From: Balanoglossus misakiensis | Taxonomy: Eukaryota; Animalia; Hemichordata | DNA length: 64,000 bases | Direction: 5' to 3' | NCBI GenBank assembly: GCA_040954595.2 | Contig: CM082577.2 | Location: forward strand, 15,569,903-15,633,902 | Shown here: piece after piece, positions 50,102 to 61,889 of the stretch | Numbering within the stretch: position 1 is the first letter of the stretch | Layout: each line of letters begins with the position of its first letter | Position numbers and translations under genes: made by a program | The notes under the pieces: model-generated | What the model was told of the DNA's origin: nothing | Database searches by the model: none | Seen by the model: only the letters and a program-made list of their open reading frames with translations

Positions 50102-50748
50102 TTGCGACTATTAAAATAAAACCTCCTCAATTAGTTCTAACTTTTATTGACTCACGCATTTACTTCACACCGTGATGTACACGCCCCACAGCGAACAGAA
50201 GACAACGATACAGCAACTCGCACCAAGCACAGTTAATTGCGACTATTAAAATAAAGCCTCCTCAATTAGTTCTAACTTTTATTGACTCACGCATTTACTT
50301 CACACCGTGATGTACACGCCCCACAGCGAACAGAAGACAACGATACAGCAACTCGCACCAAGCACAGTTAATTGCGACTATTAAAATAAAGCCTCCTCAA
50401 TTAGTTCTAACTTTTATTGACTCACGCATTTACTTCACACCGTGATGTACACGCCCCACAGCGAACAGAAGACAACGATACAGCAACTCGCACCAAGCAC
50501 AGTTAATTGCGACTATTAAAATAAAGCCTCCTCAATTAGTTCTAACTTTTATTGACTCACGCATTTACTTCACACCGTGATGTACACGCCCCACAGCGAA
50601 CAGAAGACAACGATACAGCAACTCGCACCAAGCACAGTTAATTGCGACTATTAAAATAAAGCCTCCTCAATTAGTTCTAACTTTTATTGACTCACGCATT
50701 TACTTCACACCGTGATGTACACGCCCCACAGCGAACAGAAGACAACGA
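50062..50748. repeat. 135-bp tandem repeat x5 covering the gene 3' end and polyA signal
   Basis: agaagacaacga at 50062, 50197, 50332, 50467, 50602 and 50737; each unit contains the stop codon and AATAAA. Confidence 0.97.
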
Positions 50749-50884
50749 GGAAGAAACACGCAAGAAACGCATTGAGAAATAGAGGGGCCATAAAATTGTT
50801 GTCGATAGTGCTGGATAATGCAGCCTCAACACGTAGATTTTCTACAACATACAGAGAAACACTAGCTGTCGTGAATGCCACACC
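50745..50884 (+). pseudogene. Decayed duplicate of the 5' part of the 49460 gene
   Basis: KLLSIVLDNAASTRRFSTTYRETLAVVNAT vs KIVSLALDNTAPTRRFSTAYKEKLAAVNAT; aagaaacgcattga is shared in a shifted frame. Confidence 0.85.
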
Positions 50885-52073
50885 GTGGGGTACACATCCC
50901 ACAGAGGCCATCTTCAAAAGCAGTCAAATTGTAACATTCTTGTGACCCGCCTCTGCAAACGCGGATGGTTGGAAAATCTGGCTGATCAATGTATAATGCC
51001 ACACCATGACTAGGATATAACAGCGGTATTTTTACCAATCTATATGAATGACAGAGACCACACCTCGGAGTTAACGTGTCTTGTTCTAAATAGTACGTAT
51101 ATCCCGGAGCTCTGTTTTTTATATGCAAACAGGTTAGCACGCCGTAGCAATGTCGACAAAAAATAACGCTGGTGCGGTGAGCGATTGTAAACTGGACCTC
51201 TTCGCGGACATTGATCGCGCGTTTTAGTTTGGCGAGAATCAATCTATCCATGTCGTAAAAGAATTTAACCTGTCCCGCTCGGCCGTGTAGTAATAGTATC
51301 GCCTTGATAAGCCTCTTTTGCCACAGGCCTAACCGACGTATGAGACCGTTTACTGATTTTGAATTGTAATCAGTCAACTGTTGTCGAAGAAGGTGCAGGC
51401 GTGTCAAGAAGTGTCTATCGTTTGCAGATTCTCTATGGAAAGCCACGAGATTCAATGGCCAAGACCATACCATTCGCTCATAAACATGTTTGAGGGTGGT
51501 AGGTAGATGGGCGGCCGAAATCCGAGGCATCCTATTCAGAATAATTTTACATAATTGTCTATGGGTGGGTGTCCTGAGCTTGGGAATACATCGTTTCAAT
51601 TTTGCTTTGAAAGAATCAGAGTCACACGTGCTTAGATGAAGGACAGTCGAGAGTCTCTTCACCGAACAAACATTCCCTTGGTAGTTGTGGAACAATGAGC
51701 CACTCCATTGCATCGTTGGCTCGGCTAGCTTGTCATAAAAGTGGATTAACACGAGTAACCTAATCCAGTTAGGATGTTGCAGGCACCATTCAGTGGTTAA
51801 CGACAACCGTGTTATACGGTTGTGTACCCGCTGCAATATAGAAAGAATATCTGTCCATTGATTTTCTCTCACTAGATTATTTAGTCCGTGCGTGTCTTTA
51901 CAATCAATCGCAAACGTCACAAAGTCATTTACAAAATCCCTCGTATTGGGTGTCTGCACTCCGGGGAAAGTGATGCTTGCGCGATTGAAGCAAGACTGGA
52001 ATAAGTCCATACCTAATGCGCGGGGGGGAGCTAATGCGTCGATTTTATGAATGTCGTGTGTTAAATATGTCAT
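50862..52073 (-). CDS. ~400-aa protein with C-terminal multi-Cys Zn domain; resembles the herpesvirus UL49/ORF66/BFRF2 late-transcription factor pattern
   Basis: IFCRHC..RCGLCHSYRLVKIPLL..VCRGGSQEC..LCGMC after a Leu/Arg-rich helical region. The ORF is solid; the homology is tentative. Confidence 0.5.
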   Translation of the reverse strand: MTYLTHDIHKIDALAPPRALGMDLFQSCFNRASITFPGVQTPNTRDFVNDFVTFAIDCKDTHGLNNLVRENQWTDILSILQRVHNRITRLSLTTEWCLQHPNWIRLLVLIHFYDKLAEPTMQWSGSLFHNYQGNVCSVKRLSTVLHLSTCDSDSFKAKLKRCIPKLRTPTHRQLCKIILNRMPRISAAHLPTTLKHVYERMVWSWPLNLVAFHRESANDRHFLTRLHLLRQQLTDYNSKSVNGLIRRLGLWQKRLIKAILLLHGRAGQVKFFYDMDRLILAKLKRAINVREEVQFTIAHRTSVIFCRHCYGVLTCLHIKNRAPGYTYYLEQDTLTPRCGLCHSYRLVKIPLLYPSHGVALYIDQPDFPTIRVCRGGSQECYNLTAFEDGLCGMCTPRCGIHDS

Positions 52074-52378
52074 ACACAGCGTGCGTGTACAGTTCAAAGT
52101 TCCCTTATGTGAGAACAGAAATACCACAAGTAAACATGCAATGGACGTGAATACAAGAACGCTCTTTTATTCGCTCGTTCAGGTATACATTTTCTTGTTA
52201 TGTTTCAACCTCGTACAAACAAAAATACCACAAGTAAACATGCAATACCGCAAAAGAAATATTGGACGGTACGCTGGCAAACCGCCCTCTACCGGCGGAT
52301 TTAGAATTACTGTCTGAATGAGGGTAAGTGATTGTGCTTAGTTGAGTAAGTAGAGGTCTGCTATGTGTCGACGCCCTT

Positions 52379-53341
52379 TTAAATTAACTGCACCGCTAAA
52401 TATATACTCATGAATATGGAAGAACAAATACATAAAGGGTAAACTACCGACGACCACCGCCACAGGGCAGACTTGGACACATCAGGAATGACTTCAAATG
52501 TTAGGTCAACCGCCGGATCTTTGTAAGCAGCATCGCATTCTGGGGGTTCGCAACAACTTAAGTATATTGTCAACGTTGAATGATCGTCACTCGCCCAGTC
52601 TTCGACCAGACAACAAGTATAATTGTACTCGTAATAAGTGTACAAAATCTCGTGTAACATGCATAACCGTTTGTACAAATGATACGTCTCGAAAGAATCT
52701 TGCAATTTCGCAACTATCTTATAACAATGAGTCAAATGACCAACTGGGTCATCCACACTGTCGTATCTGGTGATCTGTCCATTCACACAGTTTTCGATAG
52801 TCTGGTACATGTCTGTCCCTTTCATATCTTCTTTCTCTTGACTATAATAACATGTACTCGCCCTTGCGTTGAAATCTGCTTCCAAGCGTATCACCAACCT
52901 CCTGTATAATTTTGACTTTAGAACTGTTACATCGAAGCACATACTGTAGGTTCTTTCAAACATTTTCAAAGAATAGACTAGACTTCCTATGTCACATCTG
53001 TCAACTTGTCGCTGATCGCTACTACACATTATAAAATACATGGTATACAGACCGTCTTCGTTTGCACAAAGAGAGTGATCTCTTCCCGACAACAATTTTA
53101 AATTGAACGGGTGCCGGGCCAGTCCAAATATCAAAACGTCCATTATATCACGGTCTGATACAACGTCGGTTTCCGGAAGTTTTTCAAACCAGACGGGCCA
53201 TGTTGACACGCTTAAGTTAGATTTGGCAACGTGTACATCGTCTAACATATATTCCGTGTTCGGATGTTGTTTAGATTGGGAATCACTTGAAACTGCGTCT
53301 GAAATCGCATAGGCTCTATTCGACCACGCAGGGTTGTCCAT
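52379..53341 (-). CDS. Tail-anchored membrane protein (320 aa)
   Basis: No signal peptide; single hydrophobic helix at the extreme C-terminus. Confidence 0.7.
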   Translation of the reverse strand: MDNPAWSNRAYAISDAVSSDSQSKQHPNTEYMLDDVHVAKSNLSVSTWPVWFEKLPETDVVSDRDIMDVLIFGLARHPFNLKLLSGRDHSLCANEDGLYTMYFIMCSSDQRQVDRCDIGSLVYSLKMFERTYSMCFDVTVLKSKLYRRLVIRLEADFNARASTCYYSQEKEDMKGTDMYQTIENCVNGQITRYDSVDDPVGHLTHCYKIVAKLQDSFETYHLYKRLCMLHEILYTYYEYNYTCCLVEDWASDDHSTLTIYLSCCEPPECDAAYKDPAVDLTFEVIPDVSKSALWRWSSVVYPLCICSSIFMSIYLAVQLI

Positions 53342-53540
53342 GTTGGGTTCCCCTCTTGAGAGAATGCGACCACGGCAGGTGTTACGTCACCCAACTGAAG
53401 ACCATTCACAGACATTAATAACATCAAAAGAAAAGGGGTCGTCATTGTCACCAGCATGTGTATGTGTGTTGGTAGAGTACGATTGTAGATAACGTATAAA
53501 TTAATATATGCACATTAATAATTCGGGAGGTGTTATTCTT

Positions 53541-54866
53541 TTACAGGCAACAACACAGCGATGCAAGCGGTGAACACAGGTCGTTACACAATTGTTTAGC
53601 CTTAGAAGGAAATTGTTGATGAATGTCTTTAACTATGGATTTTTCAACCACAAAATGTATAGGTTCCCTGGACGATTTTATCCCAATATCCTTTTTTTTA
53701 ATTGGTTGTAAATTGGCCATGTCCTGAGACGATGGTTTACAAGTCTTGTATGACGTCAAAGACACAACATTATCTATATGATCCAAAAGGCTACCGTTGT
53801 TGTTTTTGTGTAATATTTGTGCGTGTGCATCATCTTGCTCGAAAAGATAGAATGTTACCGACGAAGAATAAATGTCACTTTCGTGAAGATGTGCACGGTC
53901 TGGTCCGATTTCAAAATGTTTTTCGATGACTATTGCGACTCTATCATTACAGTGGTTTTTCATCGCCCTTAACACGGACGGTTGCAGTTGCTGCAGACGC
54001 AACGAATCTTTACGGCTGAAATTCCGTGGGGTCAGAGGATCATCCAAAACAGAGGTTGTGGCGGAACACATGACTGCAACGACTTGTTTTAACAGAGGCA
54101 GTAAACCGTCTTCCGGTGACATTAGGCGATGGATGTAATTTCTGTACGCAGACCGAGTGATGAATGGGTTATTCGTAGACATGCATACTTCATGAATAAA
54201 CCTCTTTATCCGCACATACAATTGATCAAACTCTATATATTTTGATTCTTGGGTGATACCAGCGATTATGTTTTTCACCAGAGCAAACAATAGTTGTAGA
54301 TGTCTTTCCAGACAACTTATTGCAAATAATGCTGAATAAAAATTGGCCGACAACCACTGTGGTGTAGATTGAATCCAGAAAGGGTCGTCAAAGTCACTGC
54401 GTGTACTCAGTCCATGGCCCGCGAAAGTTTCCACGTCCGTTCTACACTTGACAGCACGTGGTACTTGTAAATGTTTCAGCGAATTCTCGATGGTTACCTT
54501 CCATTTTCTCAACCTCGCATTGTTTATAACATCCACCGTAACGAACGAATGGCATATTCTCCGCAGTGTCCTCATTAATATTTCGTAGAAAGGGTTGTCA
54601 CTAACATACGTAACTCCGTCAAATGTCCATGAAAATACGTAGTAATCAAACCGTTCATATTGAATGTATTCCTCCCAATTCCCTTTCAACGTGTCGTCAA
54701 ATAGCGAAGTTATAAGTTCTTCATCCTCGACGTCCTTTAACAGAATGTAAACATCTCGCCTATCCCGACAAGTTCCTAAATTGATAATACTTTCCCACTC
54801 TTGACAGTTTTCTTTGCAAGGAACAGGGCCTACTATGAGTTCGGGAGGTTGTTTGACAATATCCAT
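53541..54866 (-). CDS. Hypothetical protein (~440 aa) with Cys-rich C-terminus (LCCCL)
   Basis: Long ORF; ATG at MDIVKQ. Confidence 0.75.
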   Translation of the reverse strand: MDIVKQPPELIVGPVPCKENCQEWESIINLGTCRDRRDVYILLKDVEDEELITSLFDDTLKGNWEEYIQYERFDYYVFSWTFDGVTYVSDNPFYEILMRTLRRICHSFVTVDVINNARLRKWKVTIENSLKHLQVPRAVKCRTDVETFAGHGLSTRSDFDDPFWIQSTPQWLSANFYSALFAISCLERHLQLLFALVKNIIAGITQESKYIEFDQLYVRIKRFIHEVCMSTNNPFITRSAYRNYIHRLMSPEDGLLPLLKQVVAVMCSATTSVLDDPLTPRNFSRKDSLRLQQLQPSVLRAMKNHCNDRVAIVIEKHFEIGPDRAHLHESDIYSSSVTFYLFEQDDAHAQILHKNNNGSLLDHIDNVVSLTSYKTCKPSSQDMANLQPIKKKDIGIKSSREPIHFVVEKSIVKDIHQQFPSKAKQLCNDLCSPLASLCCCL

Positions 54867-55124
54867 AGTCAATTCAAAGACTCTCAAAGCAGTCTGTTAA
54901 TGGTCTCATATTGACGCAAAGTAGAATTACGGCTATGAATAAAAGAATTACTGTTAAATTGATTGTTTTGTCCAAAACGTTTTGAATCTGATATCAACGT
55001 GACAGGCGAACCATGTCGGGCGAAACTGGCTGATATCAGTAATGTTTACAGTTGTTGCTGATTGGTTGAACCATCTTCAATCATCTGCTCACTTGCAAAA
55101 CAGAATAACAAACTGAACAGTATC

Positions 55125-55156
55125 GGGAATTTCAGAGTTTGGGTGGGAAATTTTCC
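55125..55156. promoter_or_regulatory. Paired NF-kB-like sites upstream of the A20-finger gene
   Basis: GGGAATTTCA (55125) and GGGAAATTTTCC (55145); CCAAT boxes at ~55060 and ~55321. Confidence 0.3.
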
Positions 55157-55705
55157 AACAACATTGTATTGTAGACACACAGAGACACGATTAGAACAGA
55201 ATATTGAAGGAGATTGATTATTGATGCGTGTGACATTGCAGAGGGCGTTCAGTTGACTTCAAATACACGGTAGCCACCATGCAAATTTAGTCACCGTTTC
55301 CATGGAAAGTTGAGATGAAGCCAATCACATATTTTGGCGGGGTGGCCGAATGATCGGGGAATACACTATAAAAAAAACAAGACAGTGAACACCCATGTGT
55401 TTTCTTTATTTACATACATTTAAATGCGAACTAAAGACCCCGAACCCAGATAGCCCTTCTATAGACCGGACTTTGAAACAGCCATGCCCCTAATTGTTCT
55501 GACCCTAAAAGATGTACAAGTTGGCACGTTTGTCCTTGAATTAGCTCGTGGATGACATCGACTGTAGTATCATGTCGCGAGTTCGACAGGTATGTTCACG
55601 GTGTACCTACTTAAACGAGTAGGTTTAATTAAAAGTCACCACAACGCTCAACTACTTTCTACGTAAACGATCGGCGTTCATACTGTTCGAGAAGCTATCA
55701 GCAAA

Positions 55706-56143
55706 ATGACAGAACGGGCCTCTGTTCGAAACGGACAAGTATTTTATGTGTGCACAACGCTAGACTGCGAAGCTGTCGGTTTCAAATCTCTCGATGGACT
55801 CTGTTGTAGGTGTTACGCACTGAAGGCCCCGAACCCAGATAATCCTTGTACAGACCGGACTTTGCAACAGCCACCGGGTAATGCCACCCACTGTTCTTAC
55901 CCTGCTTGTTCCAACGTCGCCGTATCGGAAAATATCCTATTATGCCGTGTATGTCTAACCATCTTAGACGAAAAGGGAAAGACACCCGGCAAAGAAAGAC
56001 GCATGTCAACAATCAAAGAATCCACCACAGAAGACAATCCCTCTGTACCCAAAACTCTGTGCAGGTTTCCGGCTTGTACCCACTTCGGCAACGAAGATTG
56101 CGTGGGATATTGTAACGAATGTTATAAAGTGTTGACGAAATAA
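55706..56143 (+). CDS. A20-type zinc-finger-only protein (3 fingers; the last resembles TNFAIP3 ZnF7)
   Basis: CTTLDC..GLCCRCY; CSYPAC..LLCRVCL; CRFPACTHFGNEDCVGYCNECY vs recalled human A20 ZnF7 [22 protein letters not shown]; intronless, no OTU domain. Confidence 0.85.
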   Translation: MTERASVRNGQVFYVCTTLDCEAVGFKSLDGLCCRCYALKAPNPDNPCTDRTLQQPPGNATHCSYPACSNVAVSENILLCRVCLTILDEKGKTPGKERRMSTIKESTTEDNPSVPKTLCRFPACTHFGNEDCVGYCNECYKVLTK

Positions 56144-56288
56144 TAGGATTTGACGCTTCCATAGTTTCGTTGTGGACACACTTGACAGCATTCAAAAACT
56201 GGCAATAAAATGACCAACATAACTAATATTTTTTTCGTCTATTGTCTTTTGTAGTAAGGTCGCAATGCTTTCCCAGCATGCACGTGTC

Positions 56289-57203
56289 TCATTTGATCCC
56301 CGTGCATGACTTGTTAAAGACATGTCTTCGACGACAGTATGTGGACTTCCCATATTTATGTGCTGTTATCTTCGGATTTAGTTTGTGAAGATGGTATTTA
56401 AGTTCGCAGTAAAATAATGCAATTTCTGATTCCATAATTTTTAGAACAGTCTTCAGTAGTGGCCAACATCTCGTTAAAACAACCACTAATATTATTCCTT
56501 TATACAAGAGAAATTCGAACACGTATTGGAGGCCAGCCACGGCGCAAATATCGGTCATGACAGTAGGGTTGCAATCTCCACGAAGTGACACCCAAAAAAG
56601 TAACTGAAGTGGGTAGTACATGACATATCTCGAAAGTGTAATACTTTTGTACCACTGCAAATCTGCACACAACCCACCGGCCCCGACACCTCTCTGTATC
56701 CAATAAATGACATCTTGCCACCAATTGCGGATGTTCGCGCAACCACCACGTGTGTTGAGAGCTGCCATGGCATCGAATATGTCCATATGCCAAGCGATTT
56801 CCGAATGAATAGGTTTTCCAGAAAAACAATGTCCTTCAAAACACCTTTTGAATTTCTCAAAACCTACGGCTAAAGGATCTATGATTCCTCTCAAATCTTT
56901 CACAATAGCGCTCAAAACAACACCTAAACCACCAGTGATTTCCTTGAACAACTTCACGAGAAACAATCCTATGATTGAAACGACAGCTGTTGCCAGCGCG
57001 ATGTACAAATATGAATTCCAAGGTGCAAATCTGTAAAGAGTCCGACATACAGCTTTTGTGAGATGCCAAGCGGAAAGCTGGTGTTTCACAGTATCCTTAT
57101 GTCTGTATATCTGAGCCTCGTACTGGTACACGACTTTATCGTCTGCCTTGTGCCCTAAAACCATGGCGCCCAGTGGTATCTCAAGATATAATATATTTAT
57201 CAC
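56289..57203 (-). CDS. Multi-pass membrane protein (304 aa), Cys-containing
   Basis: Several hydrophobic segments and an amphipathic stretch; head-to-head with terminase. Confidence 0.7.
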   Translation of the reverse strand: MINILYLEIPLGAMVLGHKADDKVVYQYEAQIYRHKDTVKHQLSAWHLTKAVCRTLYRFAPWNSYLYIALATAVVSIIGLFLVKLFKEITGGLGVVLSAIVKDLRGIIDPLAVGFEKFKRCFEGHCFSGKPIHSEIAWHMDIFDAMAALNTRGGCANIRNWWQDVIYWIQRGVGAGGLCADLQWYKSITLSRYVMYYPLQLLFWVSLRGDCNPTVMTDICAVAGLQYVFEFLLYKGIILVVVLTRCWPLLKTVLKIMESEIALFYCELKYHLHKLNPKITAHKYGKSTYCRRRHVFNKSCTGIK

Positions 57204-57236
57204 GTTATTAATGTGTAAAAATATTCTCTACCGGTC

Positions 57237-57941
57237 ATGGAGGCAGACAAGCTCAGCCCATTTGTCAGAGATGCCCAGAGAATGGACGCTCTCATTACAC
57301 AGTGTAGACAACAACAAGACCAACTTAGGGGTGTGTTTTTAAGAAAACACGCGTACAAGGAAAACTATATGTTTTCTCGCGTTGAAGACGTAGACGCGAG
57401 ACTGTCTTTAATGAAAAGGGCTATACAAACCATCCGATTGTTATGCAAGGGGAAACAATTTACGTTCGAACCTTTCCAGGAGGAGATGTGTAGGGCCATA
57501 ATGTTAAGTCGCTTACGACATTTTTTTGGTGAGGAATCTAAAAAGTTTTTCTTGCCTGTGATGAAATACCTAGGTATAATTTCAGCACACTTTGACGAGC
57601 GAACATGCGACAGAATCAACCTATCGAGAGTACGTAGCCAAATAGAAGAATATAACCATAAGTTTATCGTTGTCATGGTACCGAGACGCTCTGGTAAAAA
57701 TGCCACCGCGCAAATTATTGCCACGACACTTTTATTGTACGAACCAAATTGTTCAATCATAGTTTGGGCTCAAGACATGAACTGTGCGTTACTGAACAAA
57801 GAAGGTATATGTGAAAATCTATCGCTGCTCAAGACAATATCTGACATACCATTCGATTTTCGCGTTTCCGGGGATACGGTGACAGTCGTAAGATGTGATG
57901 GTAGTAAAGGCACTCTGCGCGTAAAGCCTAATTCGCCTAAT
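57237..57941 (+). CDS. DNA packaging terminase ATPase subunit, exon 1 (herpesvirus UL15-like)
   Basis: Q motif FEPFQ and Walker A IVVMVPRRSGKN (herpes LExFQ and VFLVPRRHGKT); phase-0 donor AAT|gtaagt after KPNSPN; Walker B and nuclease exon(s) not found in the window. Confidence 0.8.
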
Positions 57942-58518
57942 GTAAGTGTAAACACATTCCATCTACTATTATGTATTTGCATTGTATCCAGTTTACATTT
58001 TGTGTTCAATATTTATTTCATTATTGCGTACACTTGGATGGTCATCTCAATGTAGTTGTATTTGTAGAGGCCTATGGCAACTGGCCATGGCGAAAAGATA
58101 AAGGTGCCACGCTCGACACTCTATCACTATTTGATTTACGTTTGTGTATGGGTTCGAATGGCACAAAAGTCACAGGACGCAAATGTTTAGATCACAGTGT
58201 ATCATTTTATTGCGTGTCATACCGATATACAAAGTTAGTACGTACAATTAAACGCTTTCTTAAAGAGTCAGTCAGTGTACTAATCTCAAAATGTGGTCGC
58301 TATCCATTCACACATGGATCATGCTTCCTTTGTCCCAATGATCGTAAAATTCATCCCATCACACCTGTTTAGATGTGTACAAATCAGCCGTCGAGAGTTC
58401 ACAAATACTATTCTACTTAATCGCCATATAATGGTCACGAGAGGGCGCCGTCGCTTGCTGTTTTGTTAGTACAGCACAGGTCAATCAAGGTCATCTATTG
58501 TGTTCTGTCACAGTCCGT

Positions 58519-60591
58519 TCAATTGGCAAATGCGAGGCAATTCATTCTTCGCGCTTGGCTGGCACACGACACTGCGTCAGTGGGTAGTTTAAGATGATCA
58601 TATATTTCATCAAATCGACGTTTAAACGACTCTTGCATCACCGCTACATTTCTTTGGTGCATTTCCATTTGCCTGGCCTGGGACGCGACCGTCTGCGTTA
58701 ACTCATCTACTTTCGAATTGAGCTGTGCCTTATCAGACTCCAATTGGACTATGCGCATTTCTCGCTCTTTTAGCATAGCCATTACATTCTCCGCGGCTGC
58801 TGATTGCTCCCTACAGTTTTCCAACTCGGAACGGAGCGACTCGATAGCAGCTGCTTGTTCCGCACTATGTTCTTGGTGACGTGAAATGGCATTGTACAGA
58901 CAAGCGCCCTGTTTCGAGTTGAGAAACTGTACGATAGCTTGAAAGTTCTCATGACTATTCCTTGTACGGGGGCTGTCTTTCACAAATTCTTTCAATAGTT
59001 GACATTCTATAGTGGCGATCGTGATATCGCGTTCTGTTTTCTTGAGTAGGCGACTACCGACCTTTTTCGACATGCCTGATGTGATCTCGTCAACGCCGAA
59101 TACAACAGTGGCGCCTGCCAACACCGAGGACATGGCAGTGACGTAGCAACCTAACACAGTATAGCCGAATTTATCATACTGTGTGCACAAGTCGACGCGT
59201 GAAGAGTTGGAATATTGCGGTTTTGAGCGAATGATTCGGGCCACGGTGGAAACAATCGCACTATTCTGACATGGTTCGTTGTTTTGACCGGATAATCCTA
59301 ACGGACACTTGAATTTAGTTCCAGATCTGCTTTCTATCAGTTTTATTGCGATTCGTTTTGTTGGGCCAGACGATTCGATTACTTCAATGGTTGGGTTGTC
59401 CGGGATAATTGCGTCGTTAGAAACGGTTACATTTATCACTTTGCAATCTTCTAAGGGTTTCATAATCTTAAACCAATAAATTGTCGCTGGATACACTTGT
59501 TCACCAACGTGCATGTAGTACAAATTGTTCTTTAATTGTGGGGGCAATTTATCGCAATCTCCATACAGCACAGGCATCCCAACCACAGCCGCGGCAGAAT
59601 TTATGTCATCCTCTGTCGACAGTTGAATCAAAGGAGGGGTTTTCGAGTCCAAGAAATCGCATACATAATTCTTGTTCCGTTTACAGTCTTTCATTCGCTT
59701 GCGCTTGGCAGTTACCGAAGTATTGTCTCCCAACAGCGAAAACTGATCGTTTCCACATTGCACAGTAATAAGGTTCCAGGCCTCTTTCGGAGATAGCACG
59801 TGATAATGCCCGTCTTTCATTAAAGCGATGCACGGAAAATCATTGCTTTGACCTTTCTGTAACATGTATGATATAGGTGTTCTGATTGCGTCGTGAAACT
59901 CTTTCATACAGTCATTATCGCTTGTGTATAATGACAGAATAGCACCAAAATTGCCGCGAATGGTCAAATGGCGTTCCGCGTCGTTCGATTGGTCTGGTAT
60001 TAAATCCTGAGTATAAGACATCGGACTTTGTGCGTCGAGCGGGGGGTGAATTTCAGCGGCAGATGCGCGAATTTCCTCTGGAACTTGATAACTGGTGCAT
60101 GGATGAGAAACTGCAGTGGCATTCTCTGACGGCCCCGGGTTATATTGTTCAGTGTGGTTGTCGGATCCACCGTGCCGGTCCGCGTGATAGAACGGAGAAG
60201 AGTCTATCGAACTGGGTTCATTATGGACTAAGAATTCGGTCGTTGCCTCTGTGGCATTCACGCTCGGGGCCTGACGGGTATGATCTGATACGCCTAGCAA
60301 CAAATCTATGATGTTTGGAGACTCGTTCACCATTTCGGCCGAAAAATCTTGTTCAATATCGTCTCCAAATAAAAAGTCTTGGACGGTGGTATAAGGCTCA
60401 TCGCTCGATATATCAGGAGCCATTTCTACATCACAAGCCTGTATGACAAAAAATGAGGAAATGTATTAACAGTTGTGCGAAGACACAGTGGGTTAACAAA
60501 CAAAATGCGTTTAATGTGTATATGTACTCACGGGAATTTGAACCTGTCGGAGTACCGTCTGTAGAAAATCACTATAATCGGTTTGAGCCAT
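58519..60591 (-). CDS. ~659-aa protein, 2 exons (60591-60532; 60438-58519): disordered N-terminus, GMPVL..WFK domain, C-terminal coiled coil
   Basis: Exon 1 MAQTDYSDFLQTVLRQVQIP|gtgagt splices at catacag in frame with ATG 60423. Confidence 0.75.
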
Positions 60592-61000
60592 CTTCAATAA
60601 TAAGCTGTACTCGTGGTTGACGTTCGCTTTATACATGTGCAACGTGTGTTCACATCAACATGCATGGGTTAAATTCATGTATGTTGTTGTGTATCCATCC
60701 CAGTTTACGTGTAGGCCGTCGCGATCACGTGACAAAATACGAGGTCATTATTACCACCACAAGCTACATATAAGCTGCCGTGACCACGTTATGTGTATGT
60801 ATTTGTATGTATAAATTACTTCATGTACGTGATGTGTAACTATAAAGGTGATGTAGTTACATCGAGACACCATCTTAGTACACACACACTGCACAACTTG
60901 CATAAAATGTAGTTCATACACGTATACAAGCACGGTGTTTTGTATCAAAAATAGTTTAATAACAGCTATTCTACAATGACTTTAACAACCACTGTAAGTA

Positions 61001-61889
61001 TCATTCTGTCAAGTTCATTTTTTCGTCTAGGCCAGGGACCATCTTACACATTTCGGATAATGCTAGAGCTAATATTCTGTTTTCCAGTTCTATATTGGAT
61101 ATTTTATCTATGGGGTTGTTTTCAAAATCTGTAACGCTTTCGTCATCATGCAACAACAATTTGAACCACAAAATAATCGCTACGTATGAGTCACCTTCGA
61201 AATTGATGACGGATATTGAGTCATTTGCATAATCAGATATATCACATAGTACCGGCATTCCAAACTTCGCATACAACCACCTGTTGGATCCTTCAACAAA
61301 ACGGTCTGTTTTAAGTCTGGGTGTCTGTTCTACAAAATTACCTAACGCACGTGGGTTTGTAGTTAACCCAAGTTCACGAAGGATATCATGGCTATTTTGC
61401 AAAACCATGGATTCTACCGCGTCTAAATAATGCATGGCTTGTACACTGCCATCTTCCCTTAGGAAAAGGGTTGAACACCTATCAACACCAGGAGTAGCTA
61501 AAGCTTCCAGCGAAACAGTACACGCACTGGGGACTGATTGCCAAACTCCTCCACGTTGTTTATAAAAAGCTATGTATTCTTTGAAACACGACCCGTGTGC
61601 TTGTATCGTTTTTATTTTATTTAACAGTATCATTGGATGGTGATTTTGCGACCTCCGGTGTGTTGATTGGTGAACATCCTCAGAGACGACCTAAACAGTT
61701 GCATTGATAGAGAGGAAGATAGAAAGAGTGGTTTAGTGGAAAGTAATATTTAGTCAAATGTTGGCAACCCGATTTACATGTAGAATGACATGTACGTACC
61801 TCAGTTGTATTTTCAGTAGATATATCCCGGGATGAATCGTCGGGTTCATGAATAGGCGTTTCCGTATGTTGTTCTTGGATCACACGAAC
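61001..61889 (-). CDS. Paralog of the GMPVL..WFK domain; exons 61889-61800 and 61690-61001, first exon not located
   Basis: Acceptors ttttgtag and tgtttag and donor gtacgt join in frame with ATG 61633; FGMPVL..FEGDSYVAIILWFKLL vs VGMPVL..VGEQVYPATIYWFKIM. Confidence 0.7.

Noticed and set aside
52379-53341. UL34 nuclear-egress homolog
   Set aside because: Only size and the C-terminal anchor fit; no sequence motif recognised.
57942-58372. Terminase read-through tail or exon 2 at ~58068
   Set aside because: The translation is low-complexity or hydrophobic with no xxRG or Walker B motif; interpreted as intron.
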